DNA of 64,000 bases from Scenedesmus sp. PABB004 (Eukaryota): assembly GCA_014905635.1 (NCBI GenBank), contig JABVCE010000048.1:1-64000 (forward strand), read 5' to 3'. The stretch's first letter is position 1; each line of letters begins with the position of its first letter. Both the position numbers and the translations under genes were made by a program. Shown in pieces: positions 37,301-50,334 of the stretch. The notes beneath the pieces are model-generated. The model did no database searches and was not told where the DNA came from. It was given only the letters and a program-made list of their open reading frames with translations.

Positions 37301-39326
37301 ATGTTGTGCCGCGCGGCGTGCGGAGCGCTGGCGCGCGGCGCCGCCGGCGTCGTCGCCTCGACAGCCGCGGCCGCGTCGTCGCGCCGGGGGCTCACCGCGA
37401 GCTCCTTGCGATTCGACAGGCATGGAGACCCGCCGGCAGTTCTGTCGTTGCGCCAGGAGGAGCTGCGGGGCCCTGGCGCGGGCGAGGTGGTGCTGCAGAT
37501 GGCGGCGGTGCGCGGCGGCGCGGCGCGCGTTCTCAGCGCGCCGTCGCAGGGCGCCGGGCGGCACGCCGGTAGCTGATGATCAAAACCATCGCTCGCGCCC
37601 TGCGGGGGGCCGACACGTCGTCGCTGCAGCCTGCGTGGCCGCGCCGCGCCGCCGCTGCTGTGCTGCTGTGGCCTGCGCGGCAAGGCTGCTGTGCTGCCTG
37701 CTGCTGTGCAGGCGCCGATCAACCCGAGCGACATCAACACCATCCAAGGCAAGTACCCGCTGACGCCGGAGCTGCCTGGTGCGGTCCCGGGGCACGAGGG
37801 CGTGGGCCGCGTGCTCGCCGTCGGCAGCGAGGTGCGCCGCGGCGGCACACGCGCGCCAGCGGTGCGGCGCCGCTGCCGCGCGTGCGCGGAGCTGCGCCCA
37901 CCGTCGCAGGTGTCGGGGCTGGCGCCGGGGGACCTGGTCGTGCCGCTGGCCTCGGCGCTGGGCACCTGGCGCAGCGCGGGCGTGTTCGCGGCAGCCGACT
38001 GGCACCGCGTCCCGCCAGACCTCCCGCTGGCTGCCGCCGCGACGCTCTGCATCAAGTGAGCGCCGCCGCGCTGCGCCGCCGGCCGTCCGCCCGCCGCGGC
38101 GGCGACCCACGGCGCTCGCCGCGCCGTGCGCAGCCCGCCGACCGCGCTGTGCATGCTGGAGCACGTGGTGCCGCTCGCGCCAGGCGAGGTGGTGGTGCAG
38201 AACGGCGCGACCAGCGCCGTCGGGCAGGCGGTGGTGCAGCTCGCGCGCGCCAAGGGGCTCAAGACCGTCAACGTCATCCGCGAACGGTGCGCGCCGCCCA
38301 GGCCCGGCCGCGGCGGCGAGAGAGCGCCGAGCGCGCGCGCGGCCCGTCGCCGCGGCGGCGCTGAGCGTGGCGGCCGTCTGTGCCGCGCCCGCGGCCCGCC
38401 GCCAGGCCGGACTGGGACGCTGCCGTGTCGTCGCTGCGCGGCCTGGGCGCCGACGTGGTCACGACCGAGGAGCGGCTCAAAGCAGACCTGGGTGAGCCCG
38501 CGCCCGCCGCGGCGCGCTCACCTAGCCTGCCGCGCGGCCCCGACCCACGCGGCCCCGACCCCCGCCGGCCCGCCGGCCGCAGCGGCGTCGGGCCTGCCGG
38601 CGCCGCGGCTCGCACTCAACTGCGTCGGCGGCAGCAGCGCGCTCGCACTGGCCAAGGCGCTCGCGCCCGGCGGCGTGCACGTCACATACGGCGCGATGTC
38701 GCTGCAGGTGACGCGCACGCCGCCGCACTCGACGCGCGCGCGCACGCCCGCAGCGCAGCGCGCTGCCTGGGGTGCCGGCGGCGGCGAGCGCGCGCACACG
38801 CCCGCAGCGCAGCTCCGGCCCCCAACGCGGGACCGCCGCTGCCCCCGTCGCGGCCCAGCCCTTTGCGCCGCCCGCGGGGCTTCTCATCTTCAAAGACATC
38901 ACCTTTCGAGGCTTCTGGATAAGCGGCGGGTGCGCGGCGGCAGCACCACTGCGCTCGCGCAGCGCGCAGCGCGCGGCCGCTGCGGCGGCGCCCGCCGCCG
39001 CCCCGACGGCGCCGCCCCCCGCCGCGCCGCCGCAGGTGGGCCCGGCGCGCCGGGCGCGCTGCGCACGCCGCACTCCTGGACCGCGTGGTCGGGCACTACG
39101 CCAGCGGCGCGCTCACGCCGCCGCGGTGCGCGCTGGGTTTGCCTGGCGGCGGGCGGGCGGGCGCGCGCGCGCGCGCCGAGGCGAGCCCCGCCGCCGCCGC
39201 CCGCCCCGCACCGCCAGGCTCGCGGGCTTCGATCTTTGCGCCTGGCGAGACGCGCTCGCCGCGAGCGCGGCGCCGCACAAGGTCGCCAAGGCGGCGTTCC
39301 TGCTGGACGGTGGCGGCGGCGGCTGA
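37301..39326 (+). CDS. MECR: Mitochondrial trans-2-enoyl-CoA/ACP reductase (MDR family)
   Basis: Presequence, HGDP, APINPSDINTIQGKYP, GHEGVG, PPTALCML, QNGATSAVGQ, LALNCVGG, TYGAMS, IFKDITFRGFW. Confidence 0.93.
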
Positions 39327-39632
39327 GCGTGCGTGCCGCCGAGCGGCGGCCCAGGCGAGTTGCGGCGCTGCGGCGCGTCGCGTTAAACCGGCGCGGCGGC
39401 CCAGGGCTCGCGCGGCGCTCGCTGGCGCCCGCGGGGCCACGCTGTCCCCCACTGTGCCGCGCAGCGCGCCGCTCGCCAGCGCGCCAGCGCGCAGCCGCCC
39501 GCCCGCGCACCGCGCCCTCGCGCGCGCGCGATTGCGGCCGCGCGCGGCCCGCGGCGCACCGCTCATAGTTGCAACTGACCGCGGAGTAGCCCTTCGGACC
39601 CGCGCCGCCCGGCCTGCGGCCGCGGGGGCGCC

Positions 39633-42600
39633 ATGGCGAGCCCATCGAGCCCGCTGCCCAGCAAGGAGGCCGCGCTGTTCCGGCAGGTCGTCAAGTTTTA
39701 CGAGAGCAAGCAGTACAAGAAGGCCATCAAATCGGCGGATCAGATCCTGAAGAAGTTTGCGGAGCACGGCGAGACGCTGGCGATGAAGGCGCGGCGCGGC
39801 GGCCGCTGCTGCTGGCGCGCGCCGCGCCGCCCGCGGTCGCGGCGCGCCGCCCGCGGCCGGGTGGCGGTGGCCACGCAGGCCAGCAGGCGCAGGCGTGGGC
39901 GCCGCGGCAGCCGCGGGCGGGGCCTGAGGCGGCGGCGCTGCCGGGCGGCGGCGGGCGCCGCTGCTGCGCAGGGCCTCACGCTCAACTACATGGACCGCAA
40001 GGAGGAGGCCTACGACCTAGTGCGGCGGGGGCTCAAGGCCGACCTGCGCAGCCACGTGTGCTGGCACGTCTACGGGTGCGGCCGGCGCGCGGGCGCGCGG
40101 CAATCGACCCCGCCGTCGGCGCGGCCTCCTGCCGGCGCTGCGGGCCGCGGGCGGCCGCGCCGCCGCGCGTGCGGCGTCCCTGCATTCGCCGCCCCCCGAC
40201 GCGCCCCGCGCCGGCCCGCGCAGGCTGCTGCACCGCTCGGACAACAACTACCTGGAGGCGATCAAGTGCTACATGAACGCGCTGCGCCTGGACAAGGACA
40301 ACGTGCAGATCCTGCGCGACCTGGCCATGCTGCAGGTGCGGATGCGCGCGGTCGCGGGGCCAGCCGGCGCGGCGCCGGCGGCGGCGCCGGCGGCAGCGCG
40401 GCAGCGCGCCCGCACGGGCGCCGCCGCTGCCGCCCCGCACGCACGCCGCCGCCCCGCGCGGGCCCGCCGCCGACGCCGCCTCGCGCCGCCTCGCGCCGCC
40501 GCGCGCGCCGCTGCGCGCCGCCGCAGATCCAGATGCGCGACATCCCGGGCTTTGTCGAGACGCGCTACCGGCTGCTGCAGCTGCGCGCCAACAACCGCAA
40601 CCACTGGATCAGCTGGGCCATCGGGCACCACCTCGACGGCAACCACGACCTGTGCGTGCAGATCCTCTCCGCCTACGAGTCCACGCTGGTGCGCATCCCA
40701 GCGCGCGCTGGGAGAGAGGGGCGCGGGGCAGTGCCCGCCGCCGCCGCGGAGAGCCGCCGCGCCGTGCCGCCGACGCGCGCCGCGCCGCGCCGCGCCGCGC
40801 CGCGCCGCGCCGCGCGTGTGTGACCAGGACGAGGTCCCCGCGAGCGAGGCGTACGAGCACAGCGAGATGCTGGCATACAAGGCCTCCGTGCTGGCGGAGG
40901 GCGGGCAGCCCGAGGCGGCGCTGTCGCTGCTCGAGGCGCAGGCGGAGCGGCTCAAGGACCGCCTCGGCGCGGCGCACGCCAAGGCGGAGCTGCTGCTGCA
41001 GCTCGGCCGCGCGGCCGAGGCGGAGGCGCTGTACCGGGGCCTGCTGGCGCTCAATGCCGACGACTACCGCGTGCACGAGGGCCTGCACCTCTGCCTCGGC
41101 ATCACGCCGCCCTCGGCGGGGCAGCCCTGGGCCGCGCAGCAGCAGCAGGCGGCGGCTGGCGGCGGCGGCAGCAGTGGCGGCGGCGGCGACGCGCCCGCCG
41201 GCGGCGGCAGCGGCGGCGGCGGCCTGTGGAGCCCGCACAGCGGCAAGAAGCGGCGGACGCTGCAGCGGTACAGCGCCGAGGAGCGGGCGGCGCTGGGCGC
41301 ACTGTACGAGGGGCTGCGGGCGGACCACCCCAAGAGCCTCGCCTGCGCGCGCATCCCGCTGGACTTCCTGGTGCGCGCGGACGCGGACCGCGGGGGCGGA
41401 GCAGGAGCCGCGCCGGCTTGCGCGGGAGCGCCGCCCACGCATGCGCGCGCGCGCGCGCACGCAGGAGGGCGACGCCTTTGTGTGCGCCGCCGACGGCTAC
41501 GTGCGGCGCTTCATCGAGCGCGGCGTCCCGAGCCTCTTCAGCGACCTGCGGCCCCTCCTGGCCGACCCCGCCAAGGCGGCGGCGCTGCTGGCGCTGTTCG
41601 AGGGCTATGCCGACGCGCTGCGCAGCGGCGGCGCGCTGCCGGCGCCGCGCGGCGGCGGCGGCGGCGGCGCGGCGAACGGCCCCGCCGCGGCCAACGGCGC
41701 CGGCGGCGGCGACGCGGGCGGCGAGGACAGCCCGCTGACCTGGGTGCTGCACTACCTGGCGCAGCACCACGACGCGGAGGGGCGGAACGAGGACGCGCTG
41801 GCGGCCAACGGCGCGGCGCTGGAGCTCGCGCCGGGCGTGATTGAGCTGCAGCTGGCGCGGCGCAAGATCCTCAAGCACTGCGGTGCGCGCCGCGGCGGGC
41901 GCGGGCGCAGCGGCGGCAGCTGGCGCGGGCGCGGGGCTGCGCGCCGTCGCGCGCCGCCGCTCACCCGCCCGCCGCCGCCGCCCGCAGGCGACCTGCCGGG
42001 CGCCGCGCTGGCGGCGGACGCGGCGCGCCGCGCCGACCTGGCGGACCGCTACACCAACAGCATGGCCGTGGCGGCGCTCTTTGCGGCAAGGCAGCCCGAG
42101 GCGGCGGAGGCCACGGCGCTGCTCTTTACGCGCGACGGCGACCAGGTGCGCGCCCGCGCCCTCCGCGGGCCTCTCGCGCCTGCCGTCCCCGCCGCCCACG
42201 CCCGCGCCGCGCCCACACCCGCGCCCACGCCGCCGCGCCGCGCCGCGCCGCTGCACCCCCCCCCCCCCGCCTGTTCAGGCCAACAACCTGTACGACATGC
42301 AGCACATGTGGTACGAGGTGCGCGCGGGCGACGCGCACCTCGCCGCCGGCGCGCTCGGCAAGGCGCTCAAAAAGTACGCCGCCGTGGCCAAGCACTTTGC
42401 CGACTTTGCGGGTGGGCGGCCGCGCCGCGCTGCGCCGGCTGCGCGCCGGCTGCGCGCCGGCTGCGCGCCGGCTGCGCGCCGGCTGCGCGCCGGCTGCGCG
42501 CCGCGCCGCGCGCCGCGCCGCGCGGCCCCTCGGCCGCCGCCCACGCGCGCCGCGCCCCGCCGCGCGCGCGCCGCAGAGGACCAGTTTGACTTTCACAGCT

Positions 42601-44518
42601 ACTGCGTGCGCAAGATGACGCTGCGCGCGTACGTGGCGCTGCTGCGCATGGAGGACCGGCTGCACCACCACCCAGCCTACATGCGGGTGCGACCCACCGC
42701 GCCGCAGCAGCAGCACGCCGCTGCGCCGGCGCGCGCCGCAGCCGCAGCGCTGCAGCTGCCCGGCCGGCCCACCCAGCCGACCGCCCTGCGCGCGCGCGCG
42801 CGCCCTCCCCGCGTGCAGGCGGCGCTGGGCGCGGTGCGGGCCTACCTGGCGCTCGTGGACGCGCCCGCCGCCGCGGCGGCCGCGAGCGCGGCGGACGAGG
42901 CGGAGCTGGCGGCGCTGAGCCCCGAGGAGCGCAAGAAGGAGAAGCTGCGGCGCAGAAAGGTACGGCCCGGGCGGCCCCGTACATGCACGAGGCACGCCCA
43001 CGGCCGCCGCGCGCGCGGCCCGAGGTCGCGAGAGTGTTGGGCCGCCGTGTGCAGTGGCGCCCCGACTAGTTTAGCCGACCGACAGCGCCCGCCAGCCTGC
43101 CACTCGTTACCTAACAGCCCCACCCCCTGTGGGCTGCAAAAGGCTCCAAATGGCAGGCACAACGCTTGCGTGCACCCCTGCCCCCTTGTGCCCGCGCGAC
43201 GCTGCCGCCGCCGCCGACACCGCCGACGCCGCCGCTGACACCGCCGACGCCGCCGCTGTGCTGCCCCGCCGCCGCCGGGGGCGCAGGAGGAGAAGCGGCG
43301 CGAGCGCGAGGCGGACGCCGCGGCCGCGGCCGTCGCGGCAGCGGCTGCAGAGGCGGCCAAGCAGCGCAGCAGCAGCGGCGGCGGCGCCGACAAGACTCAG
43401 AAGAAGAAAGCAGCCAGCCGGTGCGTGCGCAGGCCGGCGGCGGGAGCGCGCACCGCCGCTGCCCGTCGCGGCAGCGCGCGCCCTGCGCTGCGCTGCGCGC
43501 AGCGCACGCCCACGCCTCGGCGCCGCGCGCCGCCGCGCCGCAGCCCGCCGGACCCCGACCCCGACGGCGCCAAGCTGGCGGCCACGGCCGACCCGCTGGG
43601 CGAGGCGACCAAGTATGTGGTCATGCTCACGCAGGTGCGCGCGCGCGGCGCGGCGCAGCAGAGGGTGCTGCCCGCGCGGCGCGCCTGCCGCCTCTACCGC
43701 GTGCGCTCGCGCGTGACGCGCCGGCTGCCGCGCACGCGCACGCGCACGCAGGCGGCGCCGCAGCACCTGGAGGTGCAGCTCGCGGCGGCGGAGGTCTATG
43801 GCCGCAAGGCCCGGCCGCTGCTCGAGGCGGCGGCGGTGCGGCGCGCGCGCGACATCGCGGGGCCTGAGCACCCGGACGTGCACCGCGCGGTCGTGCGCTT
43901 TGCGCAGCGCGGTGAGACGCGGCGCAGCGCGCGGCACGGCGCGGCGTGGCCCGAGCCGGGCGGTCTGCAGCCTCAGGTGGCGCGCCTGCGCCGTTGGCTG
44001 GCCGCTCAACGCCCCGCCGCGCCGCTGCGCCCGCAGTGTCGGCGGCGCCGCCGGCCAACCCCGCAGTCGCGCAGCTGGTGGGCGAGCTGCTGCCGCAGCT
44101 CCTGGGCGGCGCGGCGGACGCGGCCGGCTGCGCGGCAGCCTTCAGCAGCCGGCACGGCAGCGGCGCGCTGAGCGCGGCCAGCACGCTGCGCCACCGCGCG
44201 GCGGCGGCGGAGATGGCGGCGCTGCTCGACCCCGCGACCAAGCCCGCCGCGGTGGCCGGCTTGCTGGCTGTGCTGCGCGGCGCGGCGCCGGCGGCGGGCG
44301 TGCTGGACCACGGCAGCTGCGTGGAGACGCACCGGCTGCTGCTGTCGGGGCCGCTCGCGGACGCGGCGGCAGCGGGCGAGTGGCGGGCGGCCTGCGCGGC
44401 GCTGTTCCCGCGCTCCGCCCACTTTGGCGGCGCGCAGGCCACGCCCAGCGCGGCGCTGGTGGAGCAGCTCGCCGACCGGCTCGGCGAGGTCACCAAGGTC
44501 AAGGTCGCCGCGAGCTGA
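39633..44518 (+). CDS. NAA15: NatA N-acetyltransferase auxiliary subunit
   Basis: [89 protein letters not shown]. Confidence 0.96.
42430..42502. repeat. Intronic 11-bp minisatellite (GGCTGCGCGCC)n
   Basis: About 6 consecutive copies. Confidence 0.8.
43024..43164 (+). ncRNA. Intronic box H/ACA snoRNA (two guide hairpins) in NAA15
   Basis: Hairpin 1 stems GGTCG/CGACC and GTTGGG/CCCGAC, pocket GAGAGT + TAGTT, ACA at 43082; hairpin 2 stems GCCTGCCA/TGGCAGGC and CAGCCC/GGGCTG, pocket CTCGTT + TCCA, ACA at 43159. Both pockets complement conserved LSU rRNA. Confidence 0.85.
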
Positions 44519-44871
44519 GCGCTCTGCGCGGGGGCTCCGCAGCAGCGGCGGCGGCGGCGGCACGGGGCCGGGGGAAGGGGCGCAGGCAGGCCGGGTCGGG
44601 AGTGCGGAGTGCGGGGGGCTCGCCGCAGTGCGCGGTGGGAGCTCGTCGGGCGTGAGAGAGAGGGCGGGCCGCAGGAGGCCGGTCGGGCTGCGGCTGCGGC
44701 TGCGGCGGCGCAACCTCCGGTGGAACTGCGCCGATCGCGCGTCTTACTCTTTCAGCCTTCGCCGCCAACTAGAGAGAAAAGCCCCGCCTCGGTGCAGCGC
44801 TATCGCCGCCCAGCCCAGCCCAACCAGCCCAGCCTCGGACCCCCCAGTCTCAAATCTCCCGCCCGCCAGGC

Positions 44872-44890
44872 TTTGATTTGATTTGATTTG
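44872..44890. repeat. (TTTGA)n microsatellite
   Basis: TTTGATTTGATTTGATTTG flanked by CAGGC on both sides. Confidence 0.75.
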
Positions 44891-46224
44891 CAGGCAGGGG
44901 CACGGGCAGGCAGCCATGGCAGGTGCCCGCGTGCACCCACCCCACCCCACCCAGCGTGCACGCGCGCCGCGGCAGGGCAGGAGCCTCAGCTGCGGCGCCG
45001 CAGTTATGCCCCCCTCTCGCACCACGCCGCGCGCCGGGGAGCGCGGCAGCGCGCGTGCGGGCGGGGTGAAGTGAGTGGGTGTGGCAGCAGGGGGGATGGG
45101 CTCCGCCATGCATTCATTCATCGCAGCGAGCCAGTAGCACAAGCTGCCGCGCCCGCCCGTGGCGCGCCAAAAAGCTGGGGGCACGCGCGCCCCGCTAGAC
45201 TGCTAAAGCGCGGCGGAATCCCGCACGCGCCGCACGAGCGCAGCCAAGTCCCCGCCCCGCCCCGCCCGCGAGCCAACCATGCGCGCGCAATCTTGGACGG
45301 CTGCCTAGAGCTTTAGACCGGGGGCAATCCGAGTCTAGCGAGCCAACCAAGTGTGCAGGGGGACCCAATAGCACCATGCACGGCCCGCCTGCCCGCAGCA
45401 CGCTCGTGGCGCGGCTCGGGCGCGCACCATCGTCAGCACCGTGCTGACTCGGCCCACAATCATGAGCGCTCGCGCATAGTTGGCGCGGGCCTGCAACAGA
45501 GGGTGCAGCCGCACGCACAGGCAGCAGTGCAGCAAGCACGAGGGACCAGAGCGAGCAAGGGTGGTGATGCCCAGGGGCGACGCAGGTGGCCCTGGCCGTG
45601 CGCGCGCGCGTGGGCGCCGCGCGCACAGCCCCACCACACCACCGCGGTGCGCCCACGCCAACTCTCGTCCGGCCTCCCTCGCAAGCGCGGCGAAGAGAGG
45701 CGCCGCCGCGCGCACACACGCCCAACACACACGCGCACGACCAAACACACGTAGTGAGTGGCGCGCAGCCGCACGAAGGGCGGTGCCCGCTGCTGTGTGC
45801 ACTCTGCCCCCGCGGTGCCAGCTGCGCTGCACCTGGCCTGACAGGCCTGGGCCAGGCAGGCAGGCCGCTGGCTCGCCAGGGCGAACCACCTCAAATCACA
45901 CGCGCTTGTCGCACACGCCACGGGCCAGCTGCCCGCCTCCCTGCATGCAGTCGTGTGGAGCAGGGTTTGATAGTACGCATGCAGCCTCAGCCGATTTGCA
46001 CACACTCGCTCGCGCTCACACAGCAATGCCTCAACCCCAGCGGCCGCAGGAAGGTGCGCGGCCCCGACCAAGCCAGTGGCAAGTGCTGGCAGCGACGCCT
46101 GGCCCCAAGCGCGCCGGCGGCTGCTCCCCCTGGTTACGCGTACAGTGCTGGCGCCAAGGCCCCCCCCCCCCTGGTTTGGCGCCGAGCAGGGAAAACACAC
46201 GATGATACAGGCAGCGAGCGCGCC

Positions 46225-47371
46225 TCAGTGCTGGCTGGACAGCCGCGCCGCCAGCTGCTGCTGCAGCGCGCTCAGCAGGGCGCTCTCGAGCACGCGCTGC
46301 AGCGCCGTGGGCTGCAGGTGCGCCGGGGCCGGCGCAGCCTCTGCCCGCAGCGCGGCGGGCGCAGACACGGCCGGCTGCGCCGCCGCCGCCGCCGCCGCTG
46401 GCGCCGCCGCTGGCGCAGGCGCTGCTGCCTCGCCAGCAGCCGGCACCTCCACCGGCGAGCTCGCCGCCGGCTGCGGGCGGCGGTGCTGCGGCAGCTGCAG
46501 CCCGGCCGCGCCCGCCGCAACCGCCGCCGCCGCGGTGAGCGGCGCCGCGGGGTCGGCGTCCATGGGCACCGCAGCGTGGTGCTGGTGCAGCTGCACAAAC
46601 AGCGGCGGCGCGCGCGCCGAGAAGGAGCACGCCGTCGCCGCCGCGGCCGACGAGGGCGCGGGCGGCTGGCGCTCCGCCTGCTGCGGCGGCGGCGATGACG
46701 ACAGCGTCATGCCCGCCGGCGCGCCGCCGGTCACGCCCGACAGGCACGGCTGCGCCAGGCGCGCCGCCGCCGCCAGGCGCGCCGCGGCCGCCGCCGCATC
46801 GAGCGCCGCCAGCGCCGGCCCCGCGGCGCCCGGGTGGCTGCTGCGCGTAGCCGGCGGCGGGCTGCCGCGGCAACCGCGCCCCCACGCCGCCAGCTCCGCC
46901 TCGAGCGCCAGGTTGGACTGCTGCAGGCCCTGCACGTAGGCGATGACGCCCTCCAGGAAGGTGGCCGTGTTGCTGCGCGCGTCGTGCGGGACCAGCTCGC
47001 GCAGCTGCGCCAGCCTGCGGGCGCGGCGCGCGGCGGCGGCGGCAGCGCCGTGGCGCGCGTCAGCGGCCTCCCCGGTTCACACACCCGCGGTCCGTACATC
47101 GGGCGCTCAAGACGGAGCAGGCGCGGCCAGCGTACAGCCCACGAGAGGGCGGCGTGGGCCCACGCGCGCTGCACGCCGCGCGCTCTCCGGCTGTGCGCGC
47201 TCACCGCTCATTGATGCGCTCCCGGCGTCTCGCCTCGGCTGCGCGGTGCTTGTGCTGCTTGGCGACCCCGCCCACCACGGCGCCGCTCTCGCTGCTGCGT
47301 CCCAGCCGCAATCCGGCGTTGCTGAGTCCCGCCAGTTCTGAAGCGAGTCCGCTGGCGCTGGGCACGGCCAT
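46225..47371 (-). CDS. bHLH transcription factor
   Basis: KHRAAEARRRERINER | LAQLRELVPHDARSNTATFLEGVIAYVQGLQ, with an intron ~47014-47204. Confidence 0.88.
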
Positions 47372-48086
47372 GGCGTGGGCGGAGCTCGCGCAGCGGAGCA
47401 ACCCCCCAGGCTGCCCTGGGGGTCGGGTGGTGCTCACGCAGCGTCTGCGGGTGGCGGTTCGTGAGCGAGGCGGGTGGAGAAGCGCGCGAGAAGAGCGGTG
47501 CTGCAGAAGAGCGGTGCTGCAGGAAGCGGCGCGGGTCCCCGGGGCCGAAAGGGCGCGCTCGTTACGTGAAGAGCGCCAGGTCCATCGCTCGCACGTGCGT
47601 GCACAGAGCCTCACAGCGCAGCTGAGCTAGGCCATAAGCGACGTGCGGGCGGCACGACCCCGCGCGCCGTGCTCCACCTGACGCGCGCCGGCGTGCGCGG
47701 CGCTGCGCGGCGTGCGCGCGTCGTCGCCTCGGCAATGCCTGGCTGGCGCCGGCAGCGGGCGAGCGCACGCGACAGGTGCGCGCGCTCAAACCGAGCACGT
47801 GTTTTTTTCTGTCAGCAATTCACGTAACGAGCGCGCCGGGCCTGGCTGCCCGTCCCCAGTGTGCTGACCGCTCAATGGAGGCCTGGCAGCGGCCGCGGGG
47901 CGGCGCCGAGCCCGAACGCGCAGCGTCACCCGCGGCGGCAGCGCGCTGGTGCCGGAAGAGGGAGGCCCCTGGCGCCCACTGCATCCGCCGGCAGCGGCGC
48001 GGCTCAACCGCGGCGCCCTCCGTTACGACGCGCAGCGCTCGCCAACCGCCGCCACCACCTCTCGCAGCTCGCGCGCGCGCGCGCGC

Positions 48087-50334
48087 TCACGACGGCGGCA
48101 CAACCGGCGGCAGGCGCTTGACCTGCACGTCGCTGGAGACCGCGAACCAGCCGTCGGTGGCGCGCGTCGCGACGTTGGCGAGCCCGATGTAGGGCGTGGC
48201 GGGCGTGACGACGTAGGTGTCCCAGAGCTGGCCGAGGCTCTGCTTCGGCCCCGCCTGGCGCACGACCCAGTCGATGATCTGGTTCCAGCCCGCCACGTTG
48301 ACCGGGTACGTCGCCTCCAGCACGGCGTAGCTCACGTTGGTGCCGCGGATCGTCGTCGCGGCCCAGCCAAAGTCGGCGGTGACCGACACGTTGGCCGAGA
48401 GCCGCGCGACGAGCAGGTCGGCGCCGTCGCCGGTCGCGTTGAGCACGCTCACGTTGGTGTCGTACCGCGCGGTCAGCACCGCGCCGCCGGCGTCGCCGGC
48501 GTGAAAGGTCACCGCCGGCGGCGCGGTCTGGCGCACGTCCATGAGCATGCCGCGCTTGGGGTAGTGCTTGGGCAGCTCGGGGATGAGGCCGCCAAAGAGG
48601 TCGGTGATGAGGCGGAGCTGCGGGATCGCGCCGTCGGCGACGCGCGCGTCGAGCCCGCCCGCGCGCCACAGCCCCCACAGGATGCAGTTGGGGATGGCCT
48701 CGTGCAGGTAGAGGCTGAACATCGACGCGTCGCCCCCGATCTCGGCGGGGCTCAGCGGCAGCGCGCTCGCGGGGAAGGGGCACGCGCCGTCGCGCAGCGC
48801 GGACGCGGGCGCGGGCGCCGCGTCGGCGCCGCCGGGGCAGGCGTCGCCGGCGCAGGCGGCGCTGGGCGCGGGCGCCGGGTCGACGGCCACCTCGCCGTAC
48901 CCCTGCGGCCGTGCGGGGCGTGCGGGGCGCCGCGGCGCAGGTCGGCGGCGCTGCCGCGGCACGGAGCCTGCGCAGCGCGGGCGCGTGCTGTGCACCGCGC
49001 GCCCGGCACGCTGCTGTGCTGTGCTGTGCTGTGCAGCGCGCCTTGACGATGACATAGTTGAGCGTGTACACGGCGTAGGTGAACACGGCGTCAAAGGGCA
49101 GCCCCTGCACCGACACGCGCGCGGGCAGGCTGCCGAGCAGGCCGTTGATGGCCGCCGGCACGTCCTGCGCGTCCGCGGGCGGGGGCGCGGGGCGCGGCTC
49201 GTGGGCGGCCCCCGAGGCGGCGCGCGCCGCCGCCCGCCCCGGCGCAGGGCGCGCGGCGCGGGGCGCGCACCGTGTGGACCGCGGTGTCGAGCGCCTCCTC
49301 GATCTGGCGCTTGATGGTGCCGCTGAAGATGTAGAGCAGCGCCTGGTAGAGCCAGTCGGCGCTGTAGCTGTGGATGCGCAGCTCGAGCGACCCAAACCCG
49401 ACCGCGCTCGACACCGCGACCAGCTGCGGCACGCCCTCCTCCTGGTTGCGCACCTGGCGGCGCGGCGGCGGCGGCCGCGGCGGCGCGGCGGGGTGCGTGG
49501 CCCGCGCCGCGGCGGGGCGCCGCCGCGCGCGACGGCGCCGCGCTGCGCGTGCAAGCCCGCGGCCGCACCAGGAAGATCTCGTCCAGCGAGCCGCCCTCGA
49601 GCGCGAGCTCGCCCCAGCCGCTGCCCGAGAGCGGGCCCTTGGACCAGGCCCAGTTGAACGTGATCTGCGCGGCGCCGGGCGGCGGCGCGCGGGGGTGGGG
49701 GCGGGGGCAGGGGCGCGTCTGGTCGGTCCGCCGCGGTGCCGTCGCTGCCGCCCGAGCCGCGTGCCGCCGCCGCCGCGCACGTTTGCGGTGAGGTTTGCCG
49801 CACGTAGGTGGTAGTAGCCGCTCTCGATGGCCACCTTGGCCAGCTGCCGCGGCACCTGCGCGGGCGCGCGCGTTAGCGCAGCGCGCCACCGCCGCGCGCA
49901 GCGTCGCGGCCCGAAGCGCGCTCCCCCCCACGCGCCGCGTGCCGCGTGCCGCGCGCGCGCGCGCGCCGCGCCTGCAGGTTTGTGACGTTGACGCGTGAGA
50001 CGACGACGTCGATGCCGCCGATGACCGGGACCTCTATGACGGTGCGGTACTCGGGGATGGTGATGTTGCGCGCCGCGGCGTCGAGCATGTCGAGGCCCTG
50101 GCTCACCGCGTAGTCAAACAGCGCCTGCCGCGCCGCGATCTGCAGCGACGCCTCGCTGTTGAACGGGCTGTGCAGCGCGCCGCCGCGCGGCGCGCCCGCC
50201 GGCGGGGGCTCCGCGAGGCGCGCGGCCTGGCGCGTCGCGCGCAGCGCCGCCGCGGGCGCGGCGCAGTGCCCCGCGAGCAGCAGCGCCGCCAGGAGCGCCG
50301 CGGCGCCGCGCGGCGACGGTCGCCGGCGGACCAT
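48087..50334 (-). CDS. LBP/BPI/CETP (TULIP) family secreted lipid-binding protein
   Basis: Signal peptide; LFDYAVSQG..ITIPEY, HSYSADWLYQALLYIFSGTIKRQIE, MFSLYLHE, LITDLFGGLIPELPKHYP. Confidence 0.78.

Noticed and set aside
37570..37630. TGATGA (C-box-like) in a MECR intron
   Set aside because: No D box or terminal stem found.
44520..46220. Overlapping ORFs between NAA15 and bHLH
   Set aside because: No recognisable motifs; probably convergent 3' UTRs and intergenic DNA in high-GC sequence.
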